Source: Antedon mediterranea (Eukaryota > Animalia > Echinodermata). Taken from it: DNA of 64,000 nucleotides. This document shows positions 1 to 12,900 of the stretch, in pieces. The DNA is taken from contig NC_092675.1 of NCBI RefSeq assembly GCF_964355755.1, positions 30,538,912-30,602,911 of the forward strand. Direction: 5' to 3'. The notes beneath the pieces are model-generated. The model was not told the origin of the DNA. It did no database searches and was given only the letters and a program-made list of their open reading frames with translations. How positions within the stretch are numbered: the stretch's first letter is position 1; each line of letters opens with the position of its first letter. The position numbers and the translations under genes are program-made.

Positions 1-669
1 GAATAGATATTGTTACGTAACCAGGATGAACAGACGGACGCCATGTAAAAGTAGGACACTCTTGACGTTGTTGGCGCTTTCCAATATCTTCCAGTTCTGT
101 TATAAAACATTCTTTGTTAACGTCTTTTTCTTCTTTCATAATTCTACTGCTCATTTCATCCACAATTTTAAAATCTTCACAAGGGGTTGTATGATGAGGA
201 TCTTCGGCAGCAATAGCAAGAGGAATCATCAAGTCCATTTCATCGTCTACGTAAGACATTCCAGGACCACTGTTATCTGCTATTGCAAAGCCTTCGCTCG
301 TGCTGCCTGTCCATACAATACCACTCATATCCTTGATGTTATCAAAGCATGGTCTCACCAAATCAAAAACCTGCTGAAATCGTTTAGGCAATGTATTTGT
401 GTTATCTGGAAGTTGTTTATTTTTCTGAAATAGTACTATCAATTTACTTTGAAGTTCAACACTTGTTGTGATGAACCTCATGTGATCGTTAGAGATCGGA
501 TCCACTCGAGTAGCTGGATTATTGTGAGTTTTGTACAAGTTAACAGAAAACCCTATCAATGTTCTTAAGTCTTTTTCGTTTAAGTATCCTTTTCTAGATC
601 TCTGATTTATCTCAAATAGTGGATTAAGCGCCTGTTCTGTTTTCACATAGAACTCATTTATCGAGTCGT
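1..669 (-). CDS. Large exon encoding N-terminal part of Mab-21/cGAS-like NTase domain
   Basis: Open frame from acceptor at 671-670 to window edge; GS(T)SEG and E-M-D catalytic-type motif plus HPGYV, typical of invertebrate cGAS-like receptors. Absent from the ORF track because it has no stop within the window. Confidence 0.78.
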
Positions 670-3600
670 CTAAAGAATTAAAAAAGAAGTTATCATTATT
701 TTTACTACTGTACCGAAACTTGTTATTTTCAAATGTTTATAATATTTTGATAGTTTGAGAAGACTTAGGACACTAACCTGGTTTATTGTAGACCTCTTTC
801 ATTTTCGGATGTGTATCTTCATTAACGAAGTCAAAACCATATGGTGCACGCATGCGTGACACGGACACAGGATTATTGCCAACAGTCTTAACAGAAAATG
901 ATTCTTAAAAAGTGAAAATTCAGGTTACAGATACATACGCCATGTTATAACTATCTTTGTGATGAACACAATTCTGGTGAAGTATTAATAAGTCTTTTTT
1001 TTATTAAAACAAATAGAATTTTGATTATCAAAACTACGAAACTTTTCTTTACCAAAGGGTTCATCAACGGTACTGTCGGGTGACTTTTGCTGAAGTATTT
1101 TACCAACATTTTCTGTGATTGACACCTGAACACATTTTCCACTTGTTGCGACTAGTGCATACACACCTAAATTGAAAATAAAATAAATATCAACGTCTAC
1201 ATAAATCACTTTATTTCAACCTATTTTTTTAACAATGATTGATCAAACTCACTGTTATTTTATTCATAATACACTTACAAAACATGAAATAATTTATAAC
1301 ACACTCAATCAAAGTAACATATATTTCTGTTCATAATAATTATTTGACAATAATTTGATTAAAGTAAGAGAGGGCAAAAAAAAAATCAAAGCTTGTGTGA
1401 GGCAGCCCATACAATTACAAAGAAAACAGGATAATACGGGAACCGGAAGCAAGACAAAAACATTCTTCTACAACATAGTATTACATGCAGGACAATTCCA
1501 ATGTTGTTTAACGTTATGTTATGCCAATAAACTGTAATGCACCACATAATACCACGACTATATGCTGTTTCCCACTTTCAACTACAATTTTTGTTTTCCT
1601 AAAGTCTAACAATTTACTCCTATAGAATTGTATGTGACAGTATAAACAGGTATTAGAACAGAACTCACCTCCAGGAATATTGTGACAGTATAAACAGGTA
1701 TTAGAACAGAACTCACCTCCAGGAATATTCCGAAATGCGATGCCTTGATATTTCCCATTATATAGAAAAGCCAAAGTACCGTCTCGATGTAAAACAAAGC
1801 CTACTTTATCATCAACTTGAATGTTTCTTAGGTTTAGTTTGTACCCTCCACCAATCGTTTGAAAATCGCGCCAAAGATCATCATCTCTGTAAAAAATAGT
1901 TTCCATAAACATTCTTTTCACAATTAAAATTGAATGTGTTGTAGTCATCAGTCAATTTCACTTTCGCAAACTTGCTCAAAGCATTAAAGCGAAAGTTAGT
2001 ATGATCCATCATCGTGTTTTGATTTGTCAAATACTTGTGGCACGCTTACGTGGTGGTAACTAATTTTATTTACGAATTAAGTCAGTTCATAATCAATCAA
2101 TACCTAATGTATGATGATGTGTTTACTTCATACATCGTTCGGTATTTAATTGGTTTATTATCATCACTACCAACCTTAAAAACCAGAATCCACTACCTTT
2201 TCCATAACCATTTCCTTCGTAAAAAATATCATCGGGAAATGAATTGTAGATACAGACACCTACAAAAACAAGAAGCAACGGTAACGACAGTTACTTAACA
2301 ACTTTGCACTTACACAATGATGTTAATATCAGTGTAGCAAATGTTTGATAAATTAATTAATGATTAAACATATTTCAACGTTAACTTTTAAAAAAGGAAA
2401 AGTAAATGATATCCTACCAAACTCCATTGAGCTGTTATGACTGTCATCTACTTTATCAATTTTTAACTCGAAAAGTCTTGACGTCTGAATCGGTTGGTTA
2501 GACACAAATACCGCTCTGTTGTACATAACACCGCTGTTAATACGATAAGCGATAGTTCTATCGCTGTTGACGTCACCGTGTTCTCTCACTGGTTTCAACG
2601 TATACGGAATTGAAGCTGTTTGTTCCTAAACATGAAATATACGTATACATAAAGGGAATATTGTTATAAAGTTATTTAGCTTCTTTTAAATCTTCTCAAT
2701 TAAAAAATAATTTGGTCTAAGAGTTACTGTTTGTGTTATCTTACAATACAAGTCTCACTATTAGTAACTATGCCTAGATATTTTTGTATTGGCATTATGC
2801 GTCATATCACATCACACTTTTTTTGTCAAACTAGTATAGTGTAGATTATTGTTCCATGGTTGGAATATCCTCGTTTCTCTTACTTGTTCACTGGTTGTGT
2901 TATTTGTTTTCAGCTCTCTACTGGTCGTGACATTTGTAGTATGGCCGCATTCATCTTTTCTATCTCTACTTGACAATACTTCTGCTTTCTGAATTGACAT
3001 TTCCTCTGACTGTGGAACATTTTCTTTTGAAAAATGTGAATGGGAGCCCACATCAATGTTACTGGCTATACCCAACTTTGTTTCTTCTTGTTTACTGTCA
3101 ACCGACTTTCCTTCTGTCATGGTGGTTGTAACACTCTTGTCTACTTCTGATACTTTTTTTGTGATTTGACCTCTGTATTCACTAGTTTTTTCATCAAGGT
3201 AAAGAAGCTATGTAAAACAAAATTAGAACCAATTTAATTTTTGGAAAAATCGGTAATGTGTACAACCTGGCGTGAAAATGTTTTGAAAAACCCAAATGTT
3301 ATCAATGTTACAGTACTCAAAACTAACATGCGTACCACCAAACGGCGCTCACTCGTCTGTTCACAACGACATAGGAATGGACCAGTACACGGGGTAACAC
3401 CTAATATTCGGAAAAATGATCTTGGTTATTCAAAGTGCACACGACCAGATATGTACACTGGACCCTCCAGTTTTAAATCTGTGATCTGTTCTACCACCAG
3501 AACAATGAAGAGTGCCTTGAACCTGTGCCAATTGTGTAGCTCCGCCTTAACCACTCGGCCACTTGACTCTACAAATACAATACTGATGGTCTATAGACGT

Positions 3601-6600
3601 ATAAGTCCAGATTATTGATTTGTAAATTATGAAAGTTTTTATTCAAACGTTTGCATAAGTTCAGGCAGACTTTCTTTGAACTTAAATTTCCATCACCCAA
3701 AGAAACAAAATGTTACCTTTTGTTTAAAATGCTGATAATATGCGTCAGTGATTGTGTGCATTAAGTTTAGTGCTCCATGTTCAATAAGTACTTCCGGGTC
3801 ACAATCGCTGTAGGTAACTATAATTTCGATTGACGTTTTAATAATCGTCCATTGTAGCTCATCTGTATAAACTGTTTCTGTGTTCGCTTTCCATACATCA
3901 TTAATGATACGAATAAGTATATCTGTCAAGGTAATACATGTAGAATAAGATTATCAGACTATTGTATTCGTAATTGTAAGGTTCTTTATTATAATCATCG
4001 ACTTTAACGTTTATTGGCAAAAACTATTTCTTTCGATTTTGATTAATACATTTTTATTATATAGCTATGAATCTCATTCAAACTGTTTGTATCTTGCCAA
4101 ACAAACGCCTAAAATAAAAGGAGAATACATTAAACATTAATTAAAGATAGTATAATTATATAGGCCTATATATTCGTCGTTATATCCCAAATACTCACGG
4201 GATACTTCTTAACATCGTAATCAAATTCGATTTGTCGCTTTCTATATTATAGTAGACTAGTAAGTGGATATTACCTGGCCACCCATGTTCATTCATATGT
4301 TTCAGAATGGTTTGTCTTCGATCTTCTTTTGAAATCATCTGTCTAACGGCAGTAACAATTTCTATGACGTCATCACTCTCAAAACTGTCACATTGCAATA
4401 AAACGCAGTAAAGATTATCCAACATCTGAATATTATCTAAACATTGACTTTCGTTATCAAGACATTTTTCGCCTAAATTAAAAATTAGAATTTTATTAAT
4501 TTATAATCACATTATAAACTTTTCTGAACAATTTATAAAGTTATACAAAAATTTATAGACAATTTTATTTATTTTTTCGATATGTATTTCATTATTTGCA
4601 TGCAATTGATTAAAATTGAAAATTAATTAAGTTACTTTTCATTGTTATTTCGTTTTCTGTTTGACGATCGTGTTCAACAACATCAGACGATGACGTGCAC
4701 TCGACGTCACTAAATCGACGATCGTGTTCAATAACATCAGACGATGACGAGTCATCGACGTCACTAAATCCCCATTCGTCAAGAACTTGCCTCACGTACA
4801 GCCTTAGTCTACTCTTGTCATTTCTTTCCATTATTGCGTACAAGAAAGTCAACGACTTATCTATTATCTGCTCGCAGAAATGTGTAAAAACTAGTTTTAT
4901 TAATAAAGACCACATAATTAAATTTATTTTACTTAAAGACAGCTTGTTATGAGAGTTTGTAAATAATTGCTTTGACCTAATACAATATTAAATTAACTTT
5001 GAGAAAGCAATTTTTCTATCATCTTACCAATTCTTTATCTGGAGAGAGTTAAAATAACTATTTTTAAACATGACGTCATCGTACCTGATCTTTGTTGAGA
5101 GGATGTACAGCTAAATTAACGAGTGCTTCAACCAATTCCTGTACAGAGAATCCTGTTGATTTACCTGAGAGTGTGTTATCCAAAACTGAAGTTATCTCAT
5201 TTATTACTCCTAAGAAAAGTAATGAGATCATCAAATATCTACTTAGATGTATAATCTATCTAGAGCTTGGTTCCCACTAGAGACACAACGCAATGACGTA
5301 ACGCAACGTATTGACCAATCACAAGTTATGGATTATTCGAACGGTGGCTTGTCATTGGTCAACTTGATTGCGTTGCGTCTCTAGTGGGAACCACGCTATA
5401 GTGCACCGCAAGTAATTTGACCAATCACGACACGTCAGATCACCAGGATGTACGCTTGTGATTGTTCAACTCACTTGTGTTTCTTTACTCCATGGTTTCG
5501 CCCGGGAATTAAGGATTATTGAAATATGCCTACAAAACTTTTATTTTTGGACTTGCATCTTCAGAACTATTTAGCACATTTGTTTACATTTTGAATGCGT
5601 ATTCATCGTCAGCAGAGCCCTTCTATCAGTTTGTATTATTAAGTTAATTTATGTGAAATAATCAATAATTGATGATTCATCCTACCGTGTTTATGTGAAA
5701 TAATCAATAATTAATGATTCATCCTACCGTGTTTATGTGAAATAATCAATAATTAATGATTCATCCAACCGTGTTTATGTGAAATAATCAATAATTGATA
5801 ATTCATCCTACCGTGTTTATCCTCTAGTAACTCCACGTCGATGATAGGATCTGCTATGTAGCTAATTGCTATCAGAGAATACAGACATCTCCATTTTGAT
5901 GGTGAACCTTTAAAGATGTCAAGTATTTTCCTCCACTCAGAAGTGCGAAACAATTCTCGATTTTTTCTACTTTTAGACAAGTTGCTTATAACACACAGAG
6001 AAGAATTTAAAAGCAGTTCCATCCTCTGTAATAATATAGTTTTACAATAAAAAATAAAAAATGTGTACATTAATTGTATTTTCCTTTTCTGTTATACTAT
6101 ATTTGGATGGAGAATTGAACCAAGTAAATAACATACATAAGACTCTTTTGTGGGCTTTTAATATTGTGGGATGATTTTCGATGCTAATCTGCTATTCGAG
6201 ATTATGCTCTTGTAGACTAAACAGGAGCTACAATATAAATGCTGGAAATTGCTATTAAAATTACCAATACGACGTTTGTGGTACGAACCAGTCAAGAGCA
6301 TGCAGGATCAAAGCACCATTCATTCGGAAGACAATGAACTGCTACAATGAATGTATTATAAACACTATATTAATATATTACCATTGAGTCGGTATGAGTA
6401 TGTGGCATTAACTCAACTAACTCTAAAAATGATTTGATATTGTTTGTTTGTTTCTCCTTTGACATTTCCGTTACAGATAGTATCGGAGTTGTATTTCGAC
6501 TAAACAAAGGAAGAAGAAGATGGTATTCTTTTCGTTCAGAGGTTTTACTACAGTATGAATATAAATTTAAAATGTTTATGAATAAACTACCTTTGACATT

Positions 6601-6689
6601 GTCGGATCATCTTCCCAAAATGTTGCCTCCGACGTCATCGAAGGATGGATACCGGAGAGTGGTGGAAATATACTTTCAATTTTCTCCAT
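1..6689 (-). CDS. Multi-exon gene (3'-truncated by window edge): ARM-like region + low-complexity linker + Neuralized/NHR domain + Mab-21/cGAS-like nucleotidyltransferase (cGLR)
   Basis: Phase-consistent GT-AG exon chain: 6689-6591 (MEKIESIF...), ~6025-5813, ~5208-5085, ~4867-4635, ~4472-4276, ~3922-3717, ~3207-2884, ~2624-2418, 2259-2175, 1886-1717, 1166-1053, 903-778, 669-<1. NHR-like motifs: HGDVNSDRTIAYR..NRAVFVSNQPI..FELKIDKVD..SSMEFG; DKVGFVLHRDGTLAFLYNGKYQGIA; VYALVATSGKCVQVSI. Last exon reads IVWTGSTSEG...DDEMDLMIP...HPGYV. Confidence 0.8.
1633..1728. repeat. 48-bp tandem duplication containing a splice donor
   Basis: tgtgacagtataaacaggtattagaacagaactcacctccaggaatat at 1633-1680 and 1681-1728; each copy carries GGAG|GTGAGT on the minus strand. 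Confidence 0.9.
3330..3570 (-). mobile_element. tRNA-derived SINE, same family as 59300-59635
   Basis: Minus strand starts GTGGCCGAGTGGTTAAGGCG (A-box-like) and shares blocks TTCTGGTGGTAGAAC, AGTGTACA(C/T)ATCTGG, GCACTTT(A/G)AATAACC, CCC(G)GTGTACT with the copy at 59300. Confidence 0.65.
5264..5397. mobile_element. Palindromic MITE
   Basis: Terminal inverted repeats agcttggttcccactagagacacaacgcaa ... ttgcgttgcgtctctagtgggaaccacgct. Confidence 0.7.
5649..5820. repeat. 42-bp tandem repeat (~4 copies) overlapping an exon donor
   Basis: Unit ttatgtgaaataatcaataattgatgattcatcctaccgtgt; on the minus strand each copy has AAACACG|GT. Confidence 0.85.
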
Positions 6690-7779
6690 TTTTCCCTGGT
6701 CTCCTTTTTACAAATGAGTGTCAATCATTTACTTTCCAAATGACTACCCTATAAACCAATACAAATAATGTGTTTACACTGACTTTAAATAGCTGTATGG
6801 GGCCGGCCTCTACTAAAATAGGGTTATTATAATAATGTAGCTGCTGTTTTAGTAGGTAGATGCATGGGTGGCTTTCAACAATACCAATCTATTGAAATTG
6901 TGGCTACAAACAAACCCACTATTGACAAAACACAATATTTTCTTTATATAGGCCTACAGTAATTCTGATTCAATACACTCTTTATATGCTATTCATACAT
7001 AATAGGCCTATCATAATTAATTCCGTCTTACTAGTCCTGAAAGACTAGATCGTCTCAGAAAAAGAATTTGTTTTTTTTTGGGAAAAATGCCAAATCAAAT
7101 CAAACCGTATTTAATAGGCCTACATTTCTCAAGATGGGTAACTTTTTTTAACAAATCATAAAAAGTGACTAGACTCCTTTTTTGTTTTTGTTTTAGCTTG
7201 TTCACATAGACGTAAGACGCAACCCTGCTGAACATTGGATAAGGGTACAAAGAATCTAGCTATTAACAACCAAACGACAAAGCGAATTCACTTGCATTCC
7301 ATGACCACCTGGACACATTGTCATTTTGTTACCGCATAACTCGATACATTCCGCTGCAGCAGAGCAAGGACGTGCTGGCCTTTGTTTTCGGCAAGCACAA
7401 TTGGTGAGTGTACGTTGCGCTTACGTTCTTGCGTTGCGTCTTTATTGTTAAATAGTTAAAAAACAAGAATATAATAGGCCTCCTCCCGCCGTGCGTACGT
7501 ACTCATTGAATTTACCCATTCCAATAAGCCTAAAAATCCTAGTAGTAGTGTCAGTAGGCCTTTTTACTAATATAGCTAACAATAGGCTAGGCCTATAGTA
7601 TAGCTAGTACGTAGTAGGCCCGACTACGCCATCCATGATAGAAAGCGGTTTCTACATAAATAAATCTACATATTGACAATATGATTATGCCAAGTATGAC
7701 CTACTTGCACAGCATCCTAACCCAGATCTGCCTAACCTGTCATTCGAGTGGTTGCAGGGAGGAGGGGTCCAATGGTTGG

Positions 7780-8400
7780 TTATTGATTGAAGATCGATGG
7801 TATATATAGATATAAACGTGAGAGTCTACAATAATAACATCAATTCCGGAAGTGGGATGATAGAGGGCGTACTTGAGATAGGTATATTGATTGTAGCTAT
7901 TTAAATTTTAAATAGAATAAAATAGATTTAGAGAAGTGCATATTATTTAATATATCGTTATTGAACATATCGACCAAAAAGTGTATCAATGTATCAACGG
8001 GCACTACAGGTAAATTTTAATTCAAGTACACATATTTTGTACTGTATGGCCTTTCATACATAGTATTACGTCATAATATATTCTGCATTATTTACGAATG
8101 TTTTTTATGCAGGTAAAGTAACAATTGTTTTTTGTTATCATATTTATTTATACAATCCTATTGCGTGTGGTGGTATGTAAGAAATATTAGTTTTGCTTTT
8201 TATCATTAATAATTAATAATTTCCTCGTTTTCTATCACGCGCAGAGAATGCATTACTGCCGTTGGCGTTTCATACCTATAATATGACGTCATAATAGAAA
8301 GCCGTATTTTGATTACATAACATGCATGTTTGACCTTCGCAGTCTCTCAGATCATGTCTCGGCCCGTTGTTGGTGTCTTCGTTGTTTGCTGCTAAACTTA
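7780..8400. promoter_or_regulatory. Probable bidirectional promoter region between the cGLR-like gene and the RNR small-subunit gene
   Basis: Divergent gene orientation; ETS-like TTCCGGAAGTG (~7844), CRE palindrome ATGACGTCAT (~8283), CCAAT/ATTGG elements. Confidence 0.45.
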
Positions 8401-8897
8401 TAAAATATAGTAATCAGTCGTTCTAGCGTCTTCATTTTCAAATGTTTAGTTCCACAAAGTCAGTAAGTATCGCACCTTTATCTTTTTTATATATTTTTTC
8501 AGCACAAGGAGTTGATTAAAATACTGTGTAGGCCTCCTACGTGTGTGTAGGCGATACCACGAGGAGGCTTGAGTGATGGGCGGCGTTGTGTTGTGTGTGT
8601 GTGTGGAGATGCATGCAAGGCAAGGACTAGTGTAGAGTGAAGTCAGCCTGAGTCCTGAATATGCAAATCAATATTCTGCTTTGTTATTAATTATGCCAGA
8701 GAGCTAGGCCTAGGCCTTATCAACCACCGGCTATGTGTTTTTTTTCGTTCATTGCATTTCAACCAAATACTAAGTTTAATTAAGGCCTATTATAATAATT
8801 ATATTTATTAATTTATACAATTTACAAGTTACAACTGATAATATTTAAGTGCCAGGCTTGTATTTTTTTTTCTATTTTCAGTAAATGTTCCAATATT

Positions 8898-11800
8898 ATG
8901 TTATCATCACCAACACCTGTGAAGAAAGTTTGCCTTAAAAATCTAAAAATGCGTCTCAATAATGAAGAAGATGGTGACCATATCAATGCACATAGTGTAG
9001 TGGATAGCAACCAAGAAACAAGAGAAGACAAATTAAATAGTTATTCCAATGATACCAATGGAACATTGAGTGATGAAAATGATGATGATAACTGTATACA
9101 AGCATCACAGACCTCACAAATGTCTGTTGAAATAAGTTGTTCTCAAAATGTTAGCACATTCTGTAGTACTAGTGAACAACTTGACAGAAATAATTTATCA
9201 AAAGACTCGATGGAAGTGAAGACATCACTGGGAAAAATCAATGGTAGCAGACGACGTAATTTGGATGATGATGAACCATTATTAACAAGTAAAGGAGCCG
9301 ACTCCTATGTCATTCTGCCAATTAAAAATCCAGATCTTTGGTTATATTACAAAAGAGCTCAAGGTACTTTTATTAATTCAGTAATCAATTTATGCATTTG
9401 TTTTTTATTTCAATTAATTTATCATATTTTAAAACATAACTACTGTACATTGTCATGGGATTATAATAACTTTACAGTGTTCTAATTAAATATTGTTTTT
9501 TAGTAAATGAAGTTGGGTAGCTAAATTTAGATTACCGGTATATTGAACAATTGAATATTAATTTTGTTATTTTTTGTGGATGTTCACAGCCTCATTTTGG
9601 ACTTGTGAGGAAGTTGATCTTGGAAAGGATGCTAGCCATTGGAAATCACTAACAGTAAGTAAAGAAAAACAAACACAAATGTGCGATACTCGGGGTACAG
9701 CCAAAGAAGCTGTAATGACATCATAAGACAGGATGTAACGTCACATACACATCAATAACCTCGCTACCAAATACGGCTATACAGTACCATCTTCGAGACG
9801 TCATATGGTTTGAAATTAAAAAATATATAGCTTTGAGAACATGTCACTGTAGTATATTCATGCCAAATCCCAGCTCAATACTACAATGAATAAGGAAGGA
9901 GTAGTACTTTATAAATCGCACTTTTTACTCAATAGTGTCGGATACCCCGAGTAAAAATATGATGAAAAAAATTCTATGCCAATTGTTCAATCAATTCACA
10001 AGTAAAAGACTGATTATGAAATAATGACTACAATGCAAGTACGTCACTCAGCCACCGTAATTGGACCAAACGCGATTGATAAATTGTCTAAACTGTTGAT
10101 TTTGTCAAAAGTTTTTGTATTAAAGTAACAGTTAATTAAGTTACTGTATAAAATAATTTGCTATATTTCAGATCTTTAAATTTTTCTGGTAGCAGTTTGC
10201 AAAAAATAAACAAAAACAAGCTGCTGAAAAAGATCTTATGGTTTTTTGTTTTTTTTTTTTAGGATGATGAGCGTACATTTATTTCTCAAATTCTTGCATT
10301 TTTCGCTGCAAGTGATGGAATTGTAAATGAAAACCTAGTTCAAAGATTTAGTCAAGAAGTGCAAATTACAGAAGCAAAATGTTTTTATGGATTCCAAATA
10401 GCTATGGAGGTAGTGTACAATTTATTATAATTATTATTTTCTTTAAACATAACATCAACTTCAATTTATCCCAACTCTTTCATTCCAAGAGGTATTGGCC
10501 TTTTCAATAGAAGATATGTTCGTTAGTTATATTCTTTTGTCTTTATTTAATTCTGTTTTTATATTTATTGAGAGAAAAAGCTGAGAACTCTGTAATTTCC
10601 AAATTTATGGATGAATAAAGCAATGTCTATGAATTGCAATAATAAAGTTCAACGGTATGCAATCCTGTATGCTCACACTATTATGTGTTTTAGTGTTATA
10701 CTGCCCTCTTTAGACTGATATTAGTATTGATCATACATTACAATATTATTCAACACGCTTAAATGATTGATTTCATGTTGCTTAATCTCATTCATTATTT
10801 TTACCGAATTTTTATATATTTTGTGTGTCACTGTGTGTTTTATTTTATTAGAATATACATTCTGAGATGTATAGCTTACTGATTGATACTTACATTAAAG
10901 ACCCTATCGAAAAGAAACGACTTTTTAACGCCATTGAAACAAGTAAGTGTACAGTAACAGTTTTATAAATTCTAGTTAAATCAAGTTATAGTCTGTTTTT
11001 ATTTTGATTATTTATTTGACCAGCATTTCAACATAAAATACAATACAACATACTGTATACAAATGCTGGGAAGGAACAGCTTAAGAAAAACTGTGGCCCA
11101 AATAAGCCAACTACCCACTCTTGTTGTATGATTTATACATACAAATGAAATGAAATGAATCAATAAGTAACATTTAAATACATTTTTAGGTTGAAAACAA
11201 ATATAGCCTACATTTTTGGTTTTCACAATTTGCTTGTGCATGTGCAGCCCCTATTAAAGATTGAGAGAGAATACTTACAGTGGCGGTATGACATGACCCT
11301 TTCATAATTTAAACATTCAACATCAGAAAATAATTTAAATTTCAGAAATATTTCATCCCTATCAAAAAACTCTAATAAAGAAAAAAACAAATTCGCAAAC
11401 TCTAAACTTAAATATATAGAATACTTCTCTATCTACAATACATTTTTGAGTTATGGAGCATACATTATGGTGCATACATTATGGAGCATACATTATGGAG
11501 CATACATTATGGAGCATACATTTGCAAACACAAGCAACAAAAACATTACAACTATTCAACATACTTTACATTAAACTTTAAATAGATTTTTGCATATACT
11601 TATTAAAATGTACTTTGTTACCATTCTTTCTCAGTACCATATGTAAAGAAAAAGGCCGAGTGGGCATTTGATTGGATCCATTCGCAAGATGCTACATTCG
11701 CTGAGCGTTTAGTAGCGTTTGCTGCCATTGAAGGCATATTTTTCTCTGGTTCTTTTGCAGCTATTTTTTGGTTTAAAAAAAGGTTAGTCAATTTGTGTTA

Positions 11801-12724
11801 TAAATATTGTACTGTCCTGCTTCAAATAAAATTATTTTAGAACTTTACATTTTTATATCATTTTGAACATGACCTATTTTACAATATGTTGCCATGGAAT
11901 CCTTCAGTGACAATATTGGCAAAGATGATTTTCTTATTTTTGTAGAGGGTTACTCCCAGGTTTAACATTCTCAAATGAGCTGATAAGTCGAGATGAGGGG
12001 CTTCATTGTGACTTTGCTTGTGCACTCTTTCGACACCTAAAACACAAACCAGCTAAATCACGAATCGCAGAGATTATAAGCTCAGCCGTTGCTGTTGAAG
12101 TGCAGTTTTTAGTGGAAGCTGTTCCAGTCAAAATGATCGGAATGAATGCTGCCCTCATGAAGCAGTATATTCAATTTGTAGCTGATAGGCTTCTGCTAGA
12201 ATTAAATTGTGCAAAAGTGAGTATTAAAACATCTGTACATATATCATTCAATACGGTAACAATTTCTAATAAACATTTTTATTTATTTTAAATGTTGGCG
12301 ACAATTTTTCAAGCGCATGATTTTTAATTTTGAAGAAAGTAACTCCAAAACTTGGATATTGATTCTGAAATTGACTTTACTTGATTGCGAAAGTATTTTA
12401 ATCTTATTACAAAAGTTATAATTGACAAAAAAACAAGATGATCGACAAAATTAAGGTTTTGTTTTATTTATATATATTTGTATATTTGCAATCTCCTTGT
12501 CATTTTGTTGCAAAGTTGTATGAGAATCTTTTTATTCATAAAAATATCAACATTTGTATTTTTTTCAGGTTTTCAAAGTAGAAAATCCATTTGATTTTAT
12601 GGAGAATATCTCATTACAAGGCAAAGCCAACTTTTTTGAGAAGCGTGTTGCAGAATATCACAAAGCCAACGTTATGGTTCCAGAGACTGCACGACATCAG
12701 TTCACATTAGATGCAGACTTTTGA
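8898..12724 (+). CDS. RRM2: Ribonucleoside-diphosphate reductase small subunit (RRM2/RRM2B-like)
   Basis: Exons ~8898-9363, 9590-9654, 10263-10409, 10851-10942, 11634-11781, 11946-12216, 12569-12724. Motifs [63 protein letters not shown]-terminal FTLDADF*. Possible extra first exon with ATG at 8442. Confidence 0.95.
9687..9953. mobile_element. MITE-like element with short TIRs in RRM2 intron
   Basis: tactcggggta ... taccccgagta terminal inverted repeats. Confidence 0.55.
11452..11521. repeat. 14-bp tandem repeat
   Basis: atggagcatacatt x~5. Confidence 0.85.
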
Positions 12725-12726
12725 TT

Positions 12727-12900
12727 CTATGGTTACATGCCATGGTTACATGCCATGGTTACATGCTATGGTTACATGCCATGGGGACATGCTATGATTA
12801 CATGCCATGGTTACATGCTATGATTACATGCCATGGTTACATGCTATGGTTACATGCCATGGGGACATGCTATGATTACATGCCATGGTTACATGCTATG
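12727..12900. repeat. 13-bp tandem repeat right after the RRM2 stop codon
   Basis: catgc(c/t)atggtta variants, ~13 copies. Confidence 0.9.

Noticed and set aside
26-433. 135-aa plus-strand ORF
   Set aside because: Antisense shadow of the cGLR-like exon.
3241-3618. 125-aa plus-strand ORF
   Set aside because: Overlaps an antisense SINE inside an intron; no protein motif.
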